The notes under the pieces are model-generated. The model made no database searches and was not told the DNA's origin. It saw nothing but the letters and a program-made list of their open reading frames with translations. The position numbers and the translations under genes were made by a program. From positions 3,591 to 67,590 of the forward strand of contig CAMKNB010000001.1 in NCBI GenBank assembly GCA_946414095.1: 64,000 nt of DNA, read 5' to 3'. Below, piece after piece: positions 1-9,700 of the stretch; position 1 is the stretch's first letter; each line of letters opens with the position of its first letter. The stretch comes from an uncultured Mycoplasmatota bacterium. Its GTDB lineage: Bacteria; Bacillota_I; Bacilli_A; RF39; UBA660.

Positions 1-2
1 CA

Positions 3-320
3 TTAGTAAATATTAAAAGCGATATTAAATTTTATGAAAAGGATAACACAGCAGAAATTGCTTCTAAAATTAAAGATTTTTTATTCAAAAAAAATTGGTC
101 ATATAGAAGAATACTTAATGCTTATCCAAGTATTAAATTAATTGTTAAAGAAAATTTTAATAAAATAATAAGCAAAGAAAAATATGAACAGGAGAAATTA
201 AAGATAGAAACAGAAGCAAAAATTGAAAAATTAAGATTAGAAAATGAATATAAGATAAGCAAATTAAGAAAAAGAGCAGAAGAAAAACTTAAAAATATTC
301 AAAAAAAGAACAAAAATTAA
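3..320 (+). CDS. 3' end of a CDS cut by the window edge; Lys/Glu-rich hypothetical protein
   Basis: Frame is open from nt 3 to TAA at 318-320 (...KLRKRAEEKLKNIQKKNKN*). No recognisable domain. Confidence 0.4.
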   Translation, partial: LVNIKSDIKFYEKDNTAEIASKIKDFLFKKNWSYRRILNAYPSIKLIVKENFNKIISKEKYEQEKLKIETEAKIEKLRLENEYKISKLRKRAEEKLKNIQKKNKN

Positions 321-383
321 AAAAAGTGTTCACAAAATAAAAAAAATATGTTAATATTATACCTGTACTGAAAAGCACAGTAT

Positions 384-460
384 CGGGAAGTGGCTCAACT
401 TGGTAGAGCATTCGGTTTGGGACCGAGGGGTTGCAGGTTCAAATCCTGTCTTCCCGACCA
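384..460 (+). tRNA. tRNA-Pro (anticodon UGG)
   Basis: Cloverleaf read by eye: acceptor CGGGAAG/CTTCCCG, D arm GCTC..GAGC, anticodon loop TTTGGGA (UGG, G37), T arm GCAGG-TTCAAAT-CCTGT, encoded CCA. Confidence 0.95.
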
Positions 461-470
461 TTAGTTAATA

Positions 471-494
471 AAGCCTTTATTTAAGGGCTTTTTT
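471..494 (+). terminator. Rho-independent terminator after tRNA-Pro
   Basis: Hairpin AAGCCTTTA / TAAGGGCTT followed by a T-run. Confidence 0.7.
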
Positions 495-718
495 GTTGCT
501 TTATTTGTTTCTGTTCTTGTTTACCTTGATATAACAATTATAGAAAATCACAAAATCCATAAATACTTATGCGAAGGATTATTATTAAATTAAAAATATT
601 TTGTCATAGCTTTCAAATTATAAGTATTTTAGGGACTTTTTTAATTTAAATAAGTAATATATTATTTTGAAAAAAATTTATTATATAGTAAAATAAAGGA
701 GAAAGTTCTATAGCTACA

Positions 719-1092
719 ATGACAAGAGAAGAAGCAGAAATTTATAATAAAAATGAATTAGATAAAATAAAGAATGGTGGCCTGGAACTTATGAATTAAA
801 ATATGCTTACCATGTTGAATCTACAAATAATACAATAATAATAGATTATACAATAAATGTTGGTGATATTGATACTAATGCAAGTATTAATTATAATGGT
901 CCAGGAAGAGGTAGAAGTGACAAAGAAATAGCAGTTTGTAGTCAAAATATATTAGAGTTAGAACAAGAATTAGAATTATTAAAAAATTTGGATACTGCTG
1001 TATCATATGAATGGAATAATATGAACTTGGTAGACGGAGATATTAATTTGTATGCAACAGCAATAAATTCAATAAATCCTACAATATTTTAG
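719..1092 (+). pseudogene. Frameshifted small ORF (about 124 aa if repaired), unknown function
   Basis: The ATG at 719 reads 26 codons to TAA at 797-799. A second frame is open from 766 to TAG at 1090-1092 with no ATG (..WPGTYELKYAYHVESTNN..). One extra C in GGTGGCCTGG (about nt 776-785) would join them as ..KNGGPGTYELKY... Confidence 0.35.
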
Positions 1093-1116
1093 AAGAGTTT
1101 TATTAACTCTTTTTTT
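1093..1116 (+). terminator. Rho-independent terminator
   Basis: Hairpin AGAGTT-N5-AACTCT plus T6. Confidence 0.6.
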
Positions 1117-1155
1117 AATATATTAAAATTTGGTATAATTATCTTGGTGAAGTTT

Positions 1156-1848
1156 ATGAATTCAGAAAAAATTGGAAATTTTATTAAAGAACTTAGAAAG
1201 AAGAATAATTTAACTCAACAAGATCTTGCTAAAAAATATAATGTAACTTATCAAGCGGTAAGTAAATGGGAGAATGGTAAAAATTTACCTGATATTTCGT
1301 TAATAAGACAAATGAGTAAGGATTTTAATATTAGTATTGATGATATGTTGGATGGGGAAATATCAAATAATAAAAAAAGTAAAACATTATTTATAGTTTT
1401 TGTGGTATTGGTACTAATTGTTTTAGTATTAGCATTAATTATTAAAAAAATAGAATCTAATACATTTGAATTTAAAACAATCACAACTACTTGTGATATA
1501 TTTAATGTTTCTGGAAGTATAGCATATGATAAAGAAAAGTCTTCAATATATATTTCTAACATCAATTATTGTGGTGGTGATGATGACAATGTATATGGAA
1601 AAATAGAATGTAATTTATATGAGTCAAATGAAAATATAAATACTAAAATAAGTTCATGTAATGCAAAAGAAAACGTGACATTAGAAAAATATCTTAAAGA
1701 TGTGAAATTAAATATTGATAATTATGCTCAAAAATGTAAAAAATATAATGACAATAGTTTATATTTGGAAATAAATGCAACTGATGATGGTGAACATATA
1801 ACAACTTATAAAATACCATTGAAATTAAATGATAATTGTCCTAATTAA
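1156..1848 (+). CDS. Membrane-anchored XRE-family HTH regulator with Cys-containing extracytoplasmic C-terminal domain
   Basis: N-terminus IGNFIKELRKKNNLTQQDLAKKYNVTYQAVSKWENGKNLPD is a classic HTH_3/Cro-C1 motif. One TM segment (LFIVFVVLVLIVLVLALII). ATG at 1156 is preferred over TTG at 1144 (GGTGA Shine-Dalgarno (SD) motif upstream; TATAAT at about 1133). Confidence 0.75.
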   Translation: MNSEKIGNFIKELRKKNNLTQQDLAKKYNVTYQAVSKWENGKNLPDISLIRQMSKDFNISIDDMLDGEISNNKKSKTLFIVFVVLVLIVLVLALIIKKIESNTFEFKTITTTCDIFNVSGSIAYDKEKSSIYISNINYCGGDDDNVYGKIECNLYESNENINTKISSCNAKENVTLEKYLKDVKLNIDNYAQKCKKYNDNSLYLEINATDDGEHITTYKIPLKLNDNCPN

Positions 1849-1886
1849 TAAATAATATGATATACTTATATAGAAAGTAGGTAAAT

Positions 1887-2534
1887 ATGAAGAATAAGAA
1901 GAATATTATAATTGCAATTGTATTAACAGTTATATCAGTTGTTTATACTATGTTAGTGAAAAATGTTGATGTTAGGGAAATCGGACCAAATAATTCTAGT
2001 GTTGGTTTTGGCGCAGTTAATGAATCTTTTAAAAATTTAATTGGCTCATCAAATGCAATTTATAAAATTAGTGAGTTGCTAGGCTATGTAATATTATTAT
2101 TAGTAATAATTTATGGATGCATTGGCTTATATCAGTTAATAAAAAGAAAAAACATATTAAAGGTAGACAGGGAAATAATTATATTAGGTTGTTTTTATGT
2201 ATTAATGATGGTAGTTTATATATTTTTTGAAAAATGTAGTATTAATTATAGACCAATATTAATAGATGGTGAACTAGAAGCATCATATCCTTCAAGTCAT
2301 ACAATATTATCATTATGCGTTGGGCTTAGTTCATTAATTGTAAGTCAAAAATATTTTAATAAGAAATATATTAAAACTATAAATATTATTACAATTGTAT
2401 TAATGTCACTTGTATTATTAACTAGAATAATATCAGGAGTTCATTGGATAAGTGATATTATTGGTGGAATTATTATTTCACTTACATTACTTTCTTACTT
2501 TAAATTAGCATATTTTTATAAAAGAATTGAATAA
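1887..2534 (+). CDS. PAP2-family membrane phosphatase
   Basis: Multi-TM protein with PAP2 motifs: ..YRP.., YPSSHT, and SGVHWISDIIGG (SRxxxxxHxxxD-like). Confidence 0.8.
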   Translation: MKNKKNIIIAIVLTVISVVYTMLVKNVDVREIGPNNSSVGFGAVNESFKNLIGSSNAIYKISELLGYVILLLVIIYGCIGLYQLIKRKNILKVDREIIILGCFYVLMMVVYIFFEKCSINYRPILIDGELEASYPSSHTILSLCVGLSSLIVSQKYFNKKYIKTINIITIVLMSLVLLTRIISGVHWISDIIGGIIISLTLLSYFKLAYFYKRIE

Positions 2535-2575
2535 TATTTGTTATTTATGATATATTTATTATAGGAGGTACTAAA

Positions 2576-2815
2576 ATGATTAATTTTTTAATTTCTTTAG
2601 TAATAGGAGCAATTTCAGGATGGCTTGCAGGTATTCTTATGGGTACTAAAGGTGGCTTAATTAGAAACATTATTCTTGGCGTTCTTGGAGGACTTGTTGG
2701 TGGATATGTATTAGGACTACTTGGTGTAAGCTTTGCAGGCTACATTGGTACAATAATTCAATCTGTTATTGGAGCTTGTTTATTAGTTTTTGTAGCAAGA
2801 TTTATATTTAAATAA
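2576..2815 (+). CDS. GlsB/YeaQ/YmgE-family (transglycosylase-associated) small membrane protein
   Basis: 79 aa, Gly-rich with 3 TM segments (GAISGWLAGILMG..GLVGGYVLGLLG), typical of this family. GGAGG ribosome-binding site (RBS). Confidence 0.8.
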   Translation: MINFLISLVIGAISGWLAGILMGTKGGLIRNIILGVLGGLVGGYVLGLLGVSFAGYIGTIIQSVIGACLLVFVARFIFK

Positions 2816-2840
2816 ATTCCTTATTAGGAATTTTTTTTTT
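2815..2840 (+). terminator. Rho-independent terminator
   Basis: AATTCC-N6-GGAATT followed by T10. Confidence 0.8.
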
Positions 2841-2885
2841 ACATATTTTTTAATATTTTGTAAATAATAGTATCAGGAGGGAAAT

Positions 2886-3077
2886 ATGACACAAAAAGAA
2901 TTATTGTATTTAGAAGATGCAATTGGTCATGAAAGCAATATTATTATGATTTGTCAAAGTAATCTTGAAATGATTAGTGAGCCAGAAATAGTATCTTTTA
3001 TGCAAAATGAATTAAAAAAACATATTAGTATGAAAGAAAAATTATTAAATTTCTTGGAGGATAAAAAAAATGAATGA
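2886..3077 (+). CDS. Small helical protein, partner of the downstream CotF-like gene
   Basis: 63 aa. AGGAGG RBS. Overlaps the next gene by ATGAATGA. Helical heptad-like sequence. Function not recognised. Confidence 0.45.
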   Translation: MTQKELLYLEDAIGHESNIIMICQSNLEMISEPEIVSFMQNELKKHISMKEKLLNFLEDKKNE

Positions 3078-3321
3078 TTGTTTATTATTGGATAATTATT
3101 TAATGATATTAAAAAGTACAGTTGAAGTATATGTTCATGGTACATTAGAAAGTTCAAATGAAGACACTAGAAAAATATTAAAAAAAGGACTAGATGAAAC
3201 AATGAAACATCAAGCAAGTACATATGATTTAATGTGTTCATATGGATGGTATAGTGTTGAGAATGTTAAAAATAGTGTAATTGAAGATACATTCAATAAT
3301 GTTGTTAATAAAAATTGTTAA
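3070..3321 (+). CDS. Coat F domain (spore coat protein F-like) protein
   Basis: ..LLDNYLMILKSTVEVYVHGTLESSNEDTRKILKKGLDETMKHQASTYDLMCSYGWY matches the CotF pattern (E-x-x-N-x-x-x-R ... GWY). Confidence 0.6.
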   Translation: MNDCLLLDNYLMILKSTVEVYVHGTLESSNEDTRKILKKGLDETMKHQASTYDLMCSYGWYSVENVKNSVIEDTFNNVVNKNC

Positions 3322-3341
3322 TAGACTTTAAGTCTATTTTT
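3321..3341 (+). terminator. Rho-independent terminator
   Basis: ATAGACT-tta-AGTCTAT plus a T-run. Confidence 0.6.
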
Positions 3342-3366
3342 ATTTATAATAGTTTTAGGTGATAGT

Positions 3367-3615
3367 ATGAATAAAAGTGAATTAATAAAGGAATTATCTT
3401 CTAGAATAGGGTATAATATTGAAGATACAAATAAAATAAACAACATATTTGATGATAATTTTATTATTGGCAAAAAAAATAAGGAGAAAATAATATCTAA
3501 ATTAATGGAAGTAATTAGTATTGATGAAAAAGAAGCAAATAGAATATATGAATCTTTTGCAGAATTACTAAAAGATGGAGTGTTAAATAGATTAAAACAT
3601 CCATTTGGAGAATAA
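3367..3615 (+). CDS. Hypothetical protein, 82 aa
   Basis: ORF with a GGTGA RBS. The N-terminus MNKSELIKELS resembles the HU/IHF start, but the rest does not match. Confidence 0.5.
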   Translation: MNKSELIKELSSRIGYNIEDTNKINNIFDDNFIIGKKNKEKIISKLMEVISIDEKEANRIYESFAELLKDGVLNRLKHPFGE

Positions 3616-3630
3616 GATTTAAAAAATAAT

Positions 3631-3663
3631 AGATAGTTATAAAAAAATAACTATCTTTTTTTT
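3631..3663 (+). terminator. Rho-independent terminator
   Basis: Perfect 10-bp stem AGATAGTTAT / ATAACTATCT plus T7. Confidence 0.85.
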
Positions 3664-3704
3664 GTTAGTGTATGCTAAAATTATATTTAGGGAGGATTTG
3701 TGTT

Positions 3705-4571
3705 ATGGCAAAAGCAAAAGAAGTTGAAAAGAAAGAAAAGGTAGATTTAACAAGTATTAAAGAAGAATTAAAAGATTATGTAGATTTACAAATCAAAAAA
3801 GGTTTTAATGAAGAATTAGAAAAATCAAATAAGAGATTAATTAGAGAAAAAAATAAAAAGATATTATTTAAAAACATAGTTATTATTATTTTATTGGCCC
3901 TAGTATGTTTCTTGTTATTCTTATTATATAAATCTAAATATTTTAACAAATACTTTATTAATGAAAACACTACTACTAATAATGTAATAGAGAAGACAGA
4001 AACAAATAATAAAGATGATACAAAAGAAGAAATATCTCTTCAAACTTTAATTAATCAATATTCTTATTTATTAGATAATATTTATATTAGCGAAAATAGT
4101 GAATATATTAGTGACTATTATAATGGAAAATTTACTAATGAAATTAAGAGTTATATTGCACTAAATAACTTAAATAAGGAATATATGACTACTGAAGAAG
4201 ATTACAATATATTTAGTGAAGATAAGTTTAAAGAAATATATGAGAAATTATTTGATAATTTTGAGAATGTCAGTTTTGATTATAATGGTAATAAAATAAG
4301 GTATTTGAGTATGATGAAATCATATATATCAAATAATTTAATTAATAATGAGGGGACAAATATTAAAAAAGAAATAATTGATATAAAAGTAAATGATAAT
4401 ATTGTAATTACTACTATAGAAGGATTAATACTAGATGGAAAACTATATAGAGTTTTAGATAATGCAGAAATAGAAAATTACAATAATGAAGATTTAATAA
4501 AATATGAAAATGTATTGGACAAAGTTATTTATACATTTAAAGATGGTAAATTAATTAATATTGAAAAGTGA
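3705..4571 (+). CDS. Single-pass membrane protein, unknown function
   Basis: GGGAGG RBS 10 nt before ATG at 3705 (preferred over ATG at 3672). Charged N-terminus, one TM (IVIIILLALVCFLLFLLY), N/E/Y-rich ectodomain. Confidence 0.6.
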   Translation: MAKAKEVEKKEKVDLTSIKEELKDYVDLQIKKGFNEELEKSNKRLIREKNKKILFKNIVIIILLALVCFLLFLLYKSKYFNKYFINENTTTNNVIEKTETNNKDDTKEEISLQTLINQYSYLLDNIYISENSEYISDYYNGKFTNEIKSYIALNNLNKEYMTTEEDYNIFSEDKFKEIYEKLFDNFENVSFDYNGNKIRYLSMMKSYISNNLINNEGTNIKKEIIDIKVNDNIVITTIEGLILDGKLYRVLDNAEIENYNNEDLIKYENVLDKVIYTFKDGKLINIEK

Positions 4572-4588
4572 ATAAAGAGGTAAAAATT

Positions 4589-5161
4589 ATGAATAAATTA
4601 AAAACAAAAGAAATCATTTTGTCAGGGGTATTAATAGTTTTAGGAATTAGTTTGATAATATACGCAGATAAGGTAACAAGTGCGTTATCTATAATAATTG
4701 GTGTAGCTTTAATAGTTATGGGATTAATAAATGCTGTAAGTTATTTTAAGGAAACAAAAAGCAGTGCAAGTTTAATACTTGGTACTGTTGAGATGGCAAT
4801 AGGAATATTTTTGATAGTAAAGTCATCATTTTTAAAGGAATTCATTTCTTTTATAATTGGAGTTTACATTTTATTATCAAGTATTGCTAAATTAGTGGAA
4901 GCAATTGATATTCAAAAAGAAACAGGTTACAGTCAGAAAAGATCAATAATACTATCTGCAATTGGAATGGGAATAGCAATACTATGTGGAATTGGTAAAA
5001 TTATAGTTCCTGATATGTTTTTAAAATTGATAGGGTTATTAATATTAATTTATGGAATTATTAACATAGTAAATTTATTTATTCTTAACAAAACAAAAAA
5101 AGATAATAAACTATTAGATATTAGGGAAGTTAAAGTTGTTGAAGAAAAAACAAACAAATAA
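4589..5161 (+). CDS. DUF308/HdeD-like multi-pass membrane protein
   Basis: Repeated ~25-aa hydrophobic pairs (GVLIVLGISLII..IIIGVALIVMGLINAV). AGAGG RBS before ATG at 4589. Confidence 0.6.
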   Translation: MNKLKTKEIILSGVLIVLGISLIIYADKVTSALSIIIGVALIVMGLINAVSYFKETKSSASLILGTVEMAIGIFLIVKSSFLKEFISFIIGVYILLSSIAKLVEAIDIQKETGYSQKRSIILSAIGMGIAILCGIGKIIVPDMFLKLIGLLILIYGIINIVNLFILNKTKKDNKLLDIREVKVVEEKTNK

Positions 5162-5250
5162 TAATGATTTACAAAATATTTGACAAGCAAGTTTTTTATT
5201 TAACTATTATTGAAAATAACATGTTATAATTTTAATAAAGTAGGTGTAAT

Positions 5251-5727
5251 ATGACAAGAGATGCAAAAGCAACAGTAATATCATGGTTATCTGTATTAAT
5301 AGTACTTGGAGTATGTATTTATATAATAATGCATGTTGTAGAAAACCATAAATTAGAAGCTGAAAAGCAAATGGCAAATAGTGTAGGTGATTTGGGAACA
5401 ATAAAAGTAAGTGTTAATGGAACAACATATGATGCAAAAGTTGAATCAAACACTACAGCTAAAGAATTTTTAAATATTTTACCAATTTCTCTTACTATGA
5501 GTGATTCAGATGGAAATAGGAAATATAGTTATATGTATTCAGGATTAACTACAAATTCAAGTAAAACTAAAAATTTTCAAGCTGGTGATATAGCGTTATC
5601 TGGTACTAGTACAATAGTTGTTTTTTATAAATCAACTAATTCTAGTGGAAAATTTATTAAATTAGGACATATAGATGATTTTCCAGATTTAGGAAGCGGA
5701 AGTGCAACTATTTCATTTACAAAGTAG
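5251..5727 (+). CDS. Membrane-anchored cyclophilin-like-fold protein
   Basis: N-terminal TM, then ..VSVNGTTYDAKVESNTTAKEFLNILPISLTMSD...FQAGDIALSGTSTIVVFYK, the pattern of cyclophilin-like superfamily (Cyclophil_like2) proteins. Extended -10 TGTTATAAT upstream. Confidence 0.55.
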   Translation: MTRDAKATVISWLSVLIVLGVCIYIIMHVVENHKLEAEKQMANSVGDLGTIKVSVNGTTYDAKVESNTTAKEFLNILPISLTMSDSDGNRKYSYMYSGLTTNSSKTKNFQAGDIALSGTSTIVVFYKSTNSSGKFIKLGHIDDFPDLGSGSATISFTK

Positions 5728-5746
5728 CCTTAAAAAGGCTTTTTTT
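5726..5746 (+). terminator. Rho-independent terminator
   Basis: AGCCTT-aaa-AAGGCT plus T6. Confidence 0.8.
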
Positions 5747-5760
5747 CTTAGGAGGTAAAA

Positions 5761-6645
5761 ATGAAAAAAGAGTTTTTTAAAATCAAGTCGAATTGTGATG
5801 GATTAGAACTTGATGTGGCATTATTTATTCCTGATAAGATATTTGGATTAGTTCAATTATCTCATGGAATGGTTGAGCATAAAGAATACTATTATGATTT
5901 TATGGAATACTTAGCAAAAAATGGCTATGCTTGTATTATAAATGACCATAGGGGACATGGAAGAAGTATTAAAAATATAAGTGATTTAGGTTATCTATAC
6001 GAAGAATCATCTGATTATTTAGTTGAGGATTTACATCAAATAACTATGTATTTAAAGAATAAATTTCCAAATAAAGAATTAGTATTGTTTGGGCATAGTA
6101 TGGGTTCTTTAATAGTTAGAAAATATTTAAAGAAATATGATTTTGAAATAAATAAATTAATAGTATGTGGTTCGCCTAGTATAAATAAGATGTCCAAAAT
6201 AGGATTAATGTTATCGAAAGCAGTTAAACTATTGAAGGGTGAAAGATATAGAAGTGAATTTTTAAATAAACTCGCTCTTTCAAATGATGAAACTAATTCA
6301 TGGATTTCAGATAACAAAGAATATATAGATAAGTATAATAATGATAAACTATGTGGATATATTTTTACAACAAATGGTTTTATTAATTTAACCAATTTAA
6401 TGATAGATGTATATTCAAAAAGAGATTGGAAATTAAAAAATAAAAAATTACCAATTTTCTTTATAGCTGGAAGAAATGATTCAGTTATAAAAAGTGAAAA
6501 ATTATGGCATAAAAGTATTTCTTTTTTAAAAGATGTCGGATATAAAAATATTACATTTAAATTATATGATGATATGAAACATGCAATATTATTTGAAAAA
6601 AACAATGCAAATGTATTAAAAGATATTATAGATTTTATAAAGTAA
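5761..6645 (+). CDS. Alpha/beta hydrolase (lysophospholipase / monoacylglycerol lipase-like)
   Basis: HG..EH oxyanion region (LSHGMVEHKEYY), nucleophile elbow GHSMGS, C-terminal His (DMKHAIL). Confidence 0.85.
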   Translation: MKKEFFKIKSNCDGLELDVALFIPDKIFGLVQLSHGMVEHKEYYYDFMEYLAKNGYACIINDHRGHGRSIKNISDLGYLYEESSDYLVEDLHQITMYLKNKFPNKELVLFGHSMGSLIVRKYLKKYDFEINKLIVCGSPSINKMSKIGLMLSKAVKLLKGERYRSEFLNKLALSNDETNSWISDNKEYIDKYNNDKLCGYIFTTNGFINLTNLMIDVYSKRDWKLKNKKLPIFFIAGRNDSVIKSEKLWHKSISFLKDVGYKNITFKLYDDMKHAILFEKNNANVLKDIIDFIK

Positions 6646-6709
6646 TAATTTCACTATAGATTATTATAATAATTTATGTTAAAATACATATGATTTAAGG
6701 AGGAATAAT

Positions 6710-9700
6710 ATGCTTGAACTAAAGAAAATAACTAAGATATATGAAACAGGCAGTCTTAAACAAAAAGCATTAGATGGTGTAAGCTTAAACTTTAGAAAAA
6801 GTGAATTTGCATCAATATTAGGTCCTTCTGGTAGTGGAAAAACTACATTATTAAATATTATTGGGGGTCTTGACAAGTATACTAGTGGTGATTTAATAAT
6901 TAATGGAATATCAACTAAAGAATATAAAGATTCAAACTGGGATTCTTATAGAAATCATAGAATTGGTTTTGTATTTCAAAGTTACAATTTAATATCTCAT
7001 CAATCTGTATTACAAAATGTTAGTCTAGCTTTAACACTCTCTGGTATTTCTAAAAAAGAAGGAATTGAAAAAGCTAAAAAGGCATTAAAAGAAGTTGGAT
7101 TAGCTGAACATATATATAAAAAGCCTAATCAATTATCTGGTGGTCAAATGCAAAGAGTTGCAATAGCAAGAGCGCTTGTTAATGATCCAGATATTTTACT
7201 TGCAGATGAGCCAACGGGGGCATTAGATTCAGAAACAAGTATTCAAATAATGAATATATTAAAGAAAATATCAAATAATAAGTTAGTTATAATGGTAACT
7301 CATAATCCTGAATTAGCTAATGAATATTCAAATAGAATTATAAAATTAAAAGATGGAAAAATTACTAGCGATAGTAATCCATTTGATGGAAAAGAAGATA
7401 CTAGTGATGAAACAAATAAAACAGGTAAAACTTTTATGTCTTTTTTAACAGCTTTATCCTTGTCTTTTAATAATTTGATGACTAAAAAAGGAAGAACTAT
7501 ACTTGTATCACTTGCAGAATCAATTGGTATTATTGGTATTGCACTTATACTTGCATTATCAACTGGATTTCAAAACTATATAGATAAAATACAGGAAGAT
7601 ACTCTTTCATCATATCCATTAACTATTTATGAAGAAAATGCAGATATGACACAAATGCTATTATCTATGATGGGTAGTGAAGAGGATGATAGTATGGAAG
7701 ATAATAAAGTCTATGAAAGACAATTTATATCTTCTATGTTTGGTAATGTAAGTAAAAATGATTTAAAGAGTTTTAAGAATTATTTAGAAAATAATTATAA
7801 TTTGGTAGAAAATGATATTACATCTTATAAATATAGTTATAGTGTTAGTCCAGTTATATATTCAAAATATAATAAAAAATTAGTTAAATTAAATCCTAAT
7901 TCAATGTTTTCATCATTTGGAAATAATTCTATTTATTCGCAATATTCAAATATTTACTATGAAATGATGGATGACACAGAATCATTAAATGAACAATTTA
8001 CAATTTTAGCTGGTAATTGGCCAAAGAATTTTAATGAATTAATAATTGTATTATCTGAACCACATACTATTGCTGATATGTTAGTTTATTATTTAGGTCT
8101 TAGAGACACAAATGAAATTAATGAAATGGTTAGTAAAATGATGGCTGGAGAAGAAGTTAAAATAAATAATGAACCATTTGAATTTACTTATGATGAATTA
8201 ATGAATCTTGATTTAAGACTTATTAACAATCCAGATTTGTATAAGTATAATTCCAAATATGATATATATGAAGATATGAGTGAAGATGAGGATTATATTG
8301 AAAAATTATATAGTAAAGCATTAAAACTTAAAATTGTTGGAATTGTTTGCCCTAAAGATGGAATGTCATCATTAGCTCTTCAAAATGGAATAGCTTATAC
8401 ATCAAAATTAACAGATTATATTATTGAAAATTCTAGTAAAACAGAAATAGTAAAAAAACAATTAAGAAATAAAAAAATAGATGTCTTTTCTAATACAAAT
8501 TTTGATGATAAAAAGAAAAACTCTAATCTAGATTTTGAAGATCTAATAAAAGTAGATAAGAAGAAAATAGAAAGTGCATTCAATATAAAAATAGATGAAA
8601 AGACAATTAAAAATACAACAACTAATTATATGAATGATATATCTTCTTCAATAACAGCTGATATATCAACTGCAAAAAAACTATTTGATAGCAATTTAAA
8701 AAATATTACAAAGTCATTAATATCTGATTATGTTAAAAATCCTAAAGAAACATTTTCAAATCCATTAATGCCTAATATGACAATACCTATTATATATGTA
8801 AATGATGTTGATAGTATTGTATCTGATTATATGAAAAAAAGTGAAACAAAGAGTATTTTAAATGATATGGAAAAAAAATATGTAATACCTTCTAGTATTT
8901 ATGAAAACACTTATACAAGTTTAATTTCTGGGTTATTAAAAGGTTATATCGTTTCATATAATCAAATGGATAAGACTTATACAAAAGATGAATCTAATGA
9001 GGGAGCTATAATAACTGATGCTGCAAGTGATAAGATGTTAGAAGAATTTATGGCTCAGACAGTTGTAATAAGCACTTCTAATACTATGGCTGAAAAAATG
9101 ACTGAAGCTTTAATGCAAAAAGAAATATTAACTAAAGTAGGGGAATTATCTGGTACTTTAATGTCTAGTTTAGCTAATGCATTTGATGTTAATCCTAATG
9201 CATTAGCAGAAGCTTTTAAGTTTGATTTATCTGAAGATGAATTAAAACGTATAATGAATGCTATGACAAGTAGTAATAGTGGAGGAAATGCAAAAGCAAA
9301 TTTAATTACTCTTGGATATCAAGATAAAGAAGAACCAACATCTATAGCATTTTATTTTAAGAGTTTTGACTCTAAAGAACATTTTATAGATTTTGTAGAT
9401 GATTACAATGATAAGATGGAAAAAATAGAAGAAAATGATAAAGTATTAAATTATACTGATGCTACTGGAATACTTATGTCATCAGTTAAAAAAGTAGTAA
9501 ATAGTGTTAGTTATGTATTAATAGCATTTGTATCTATATCACTTGTCGTATCTTCTATAATGATTGGTATTATTACATATATTTCAGTACTTGAAAGGAC
9601 TAAAGAGATTGGTATTTTACGTGCAATCGGAGCGTCTAAGAGAAATGTCTCATCAATATTTAATGCTGAAACATTTATTATTGGATTACTTAGTGGTTTA

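Noticed and set aside
384-1143. Integrated mobile element at tRNA-Pro (and likewise at tRNA-Ala 30688 and tRNA-Arg 47640)
   Set aside because: No integrase, recombinase, transposase or phage gene is present, and I could find no downstream direct repeat of any tRNA 3' end. Only the weak hints listed in the findings remain.
3061-3077. A8 tract at the overlap of the two small CotF-like ORFs, considered as a programmed frameshift or phase-variation site
   Set aside because: The ATGAATGA overlap is a standard translational-coupling arrangement. The second ORF has its own ATG and an upstream GGAGG, and A-runs of this length are common throughout this genome.
6036-6605. 189-aa ORF antisense to the alpha/beta hydrolase gene. 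The same applies to the other antisense track ORFs: 1251-1565, 2954-3157, 3776-3970, 5207-5401, 6679-6876, 10496-10687, 12716-12931, 16282-16521, 16648-16833, 18559-18768, 20661-21005, 26215-26463, 27691-27936, 29035-29283, 29193-29459, 29546-29818, 29897-30109, 31834-32025, 32894-33190, 33845-34090, 35174-35410, 36541-36741, 43442-43705, 52196-52477, 54452-54724, 55906-56172, 56483-56728, 57994-58227, 58543-58788, 58897-59091, 60946-61422, 63247-63495, 63488-63670 and 63667-63882.
   Set aside because: All lie opposite well-supported genes and have low-complexity Leu/Ile/Phe/Ser/Asn-rich translations typical of antisense frames in AT-rich DNA. None has an RBS or a recognisable motif.
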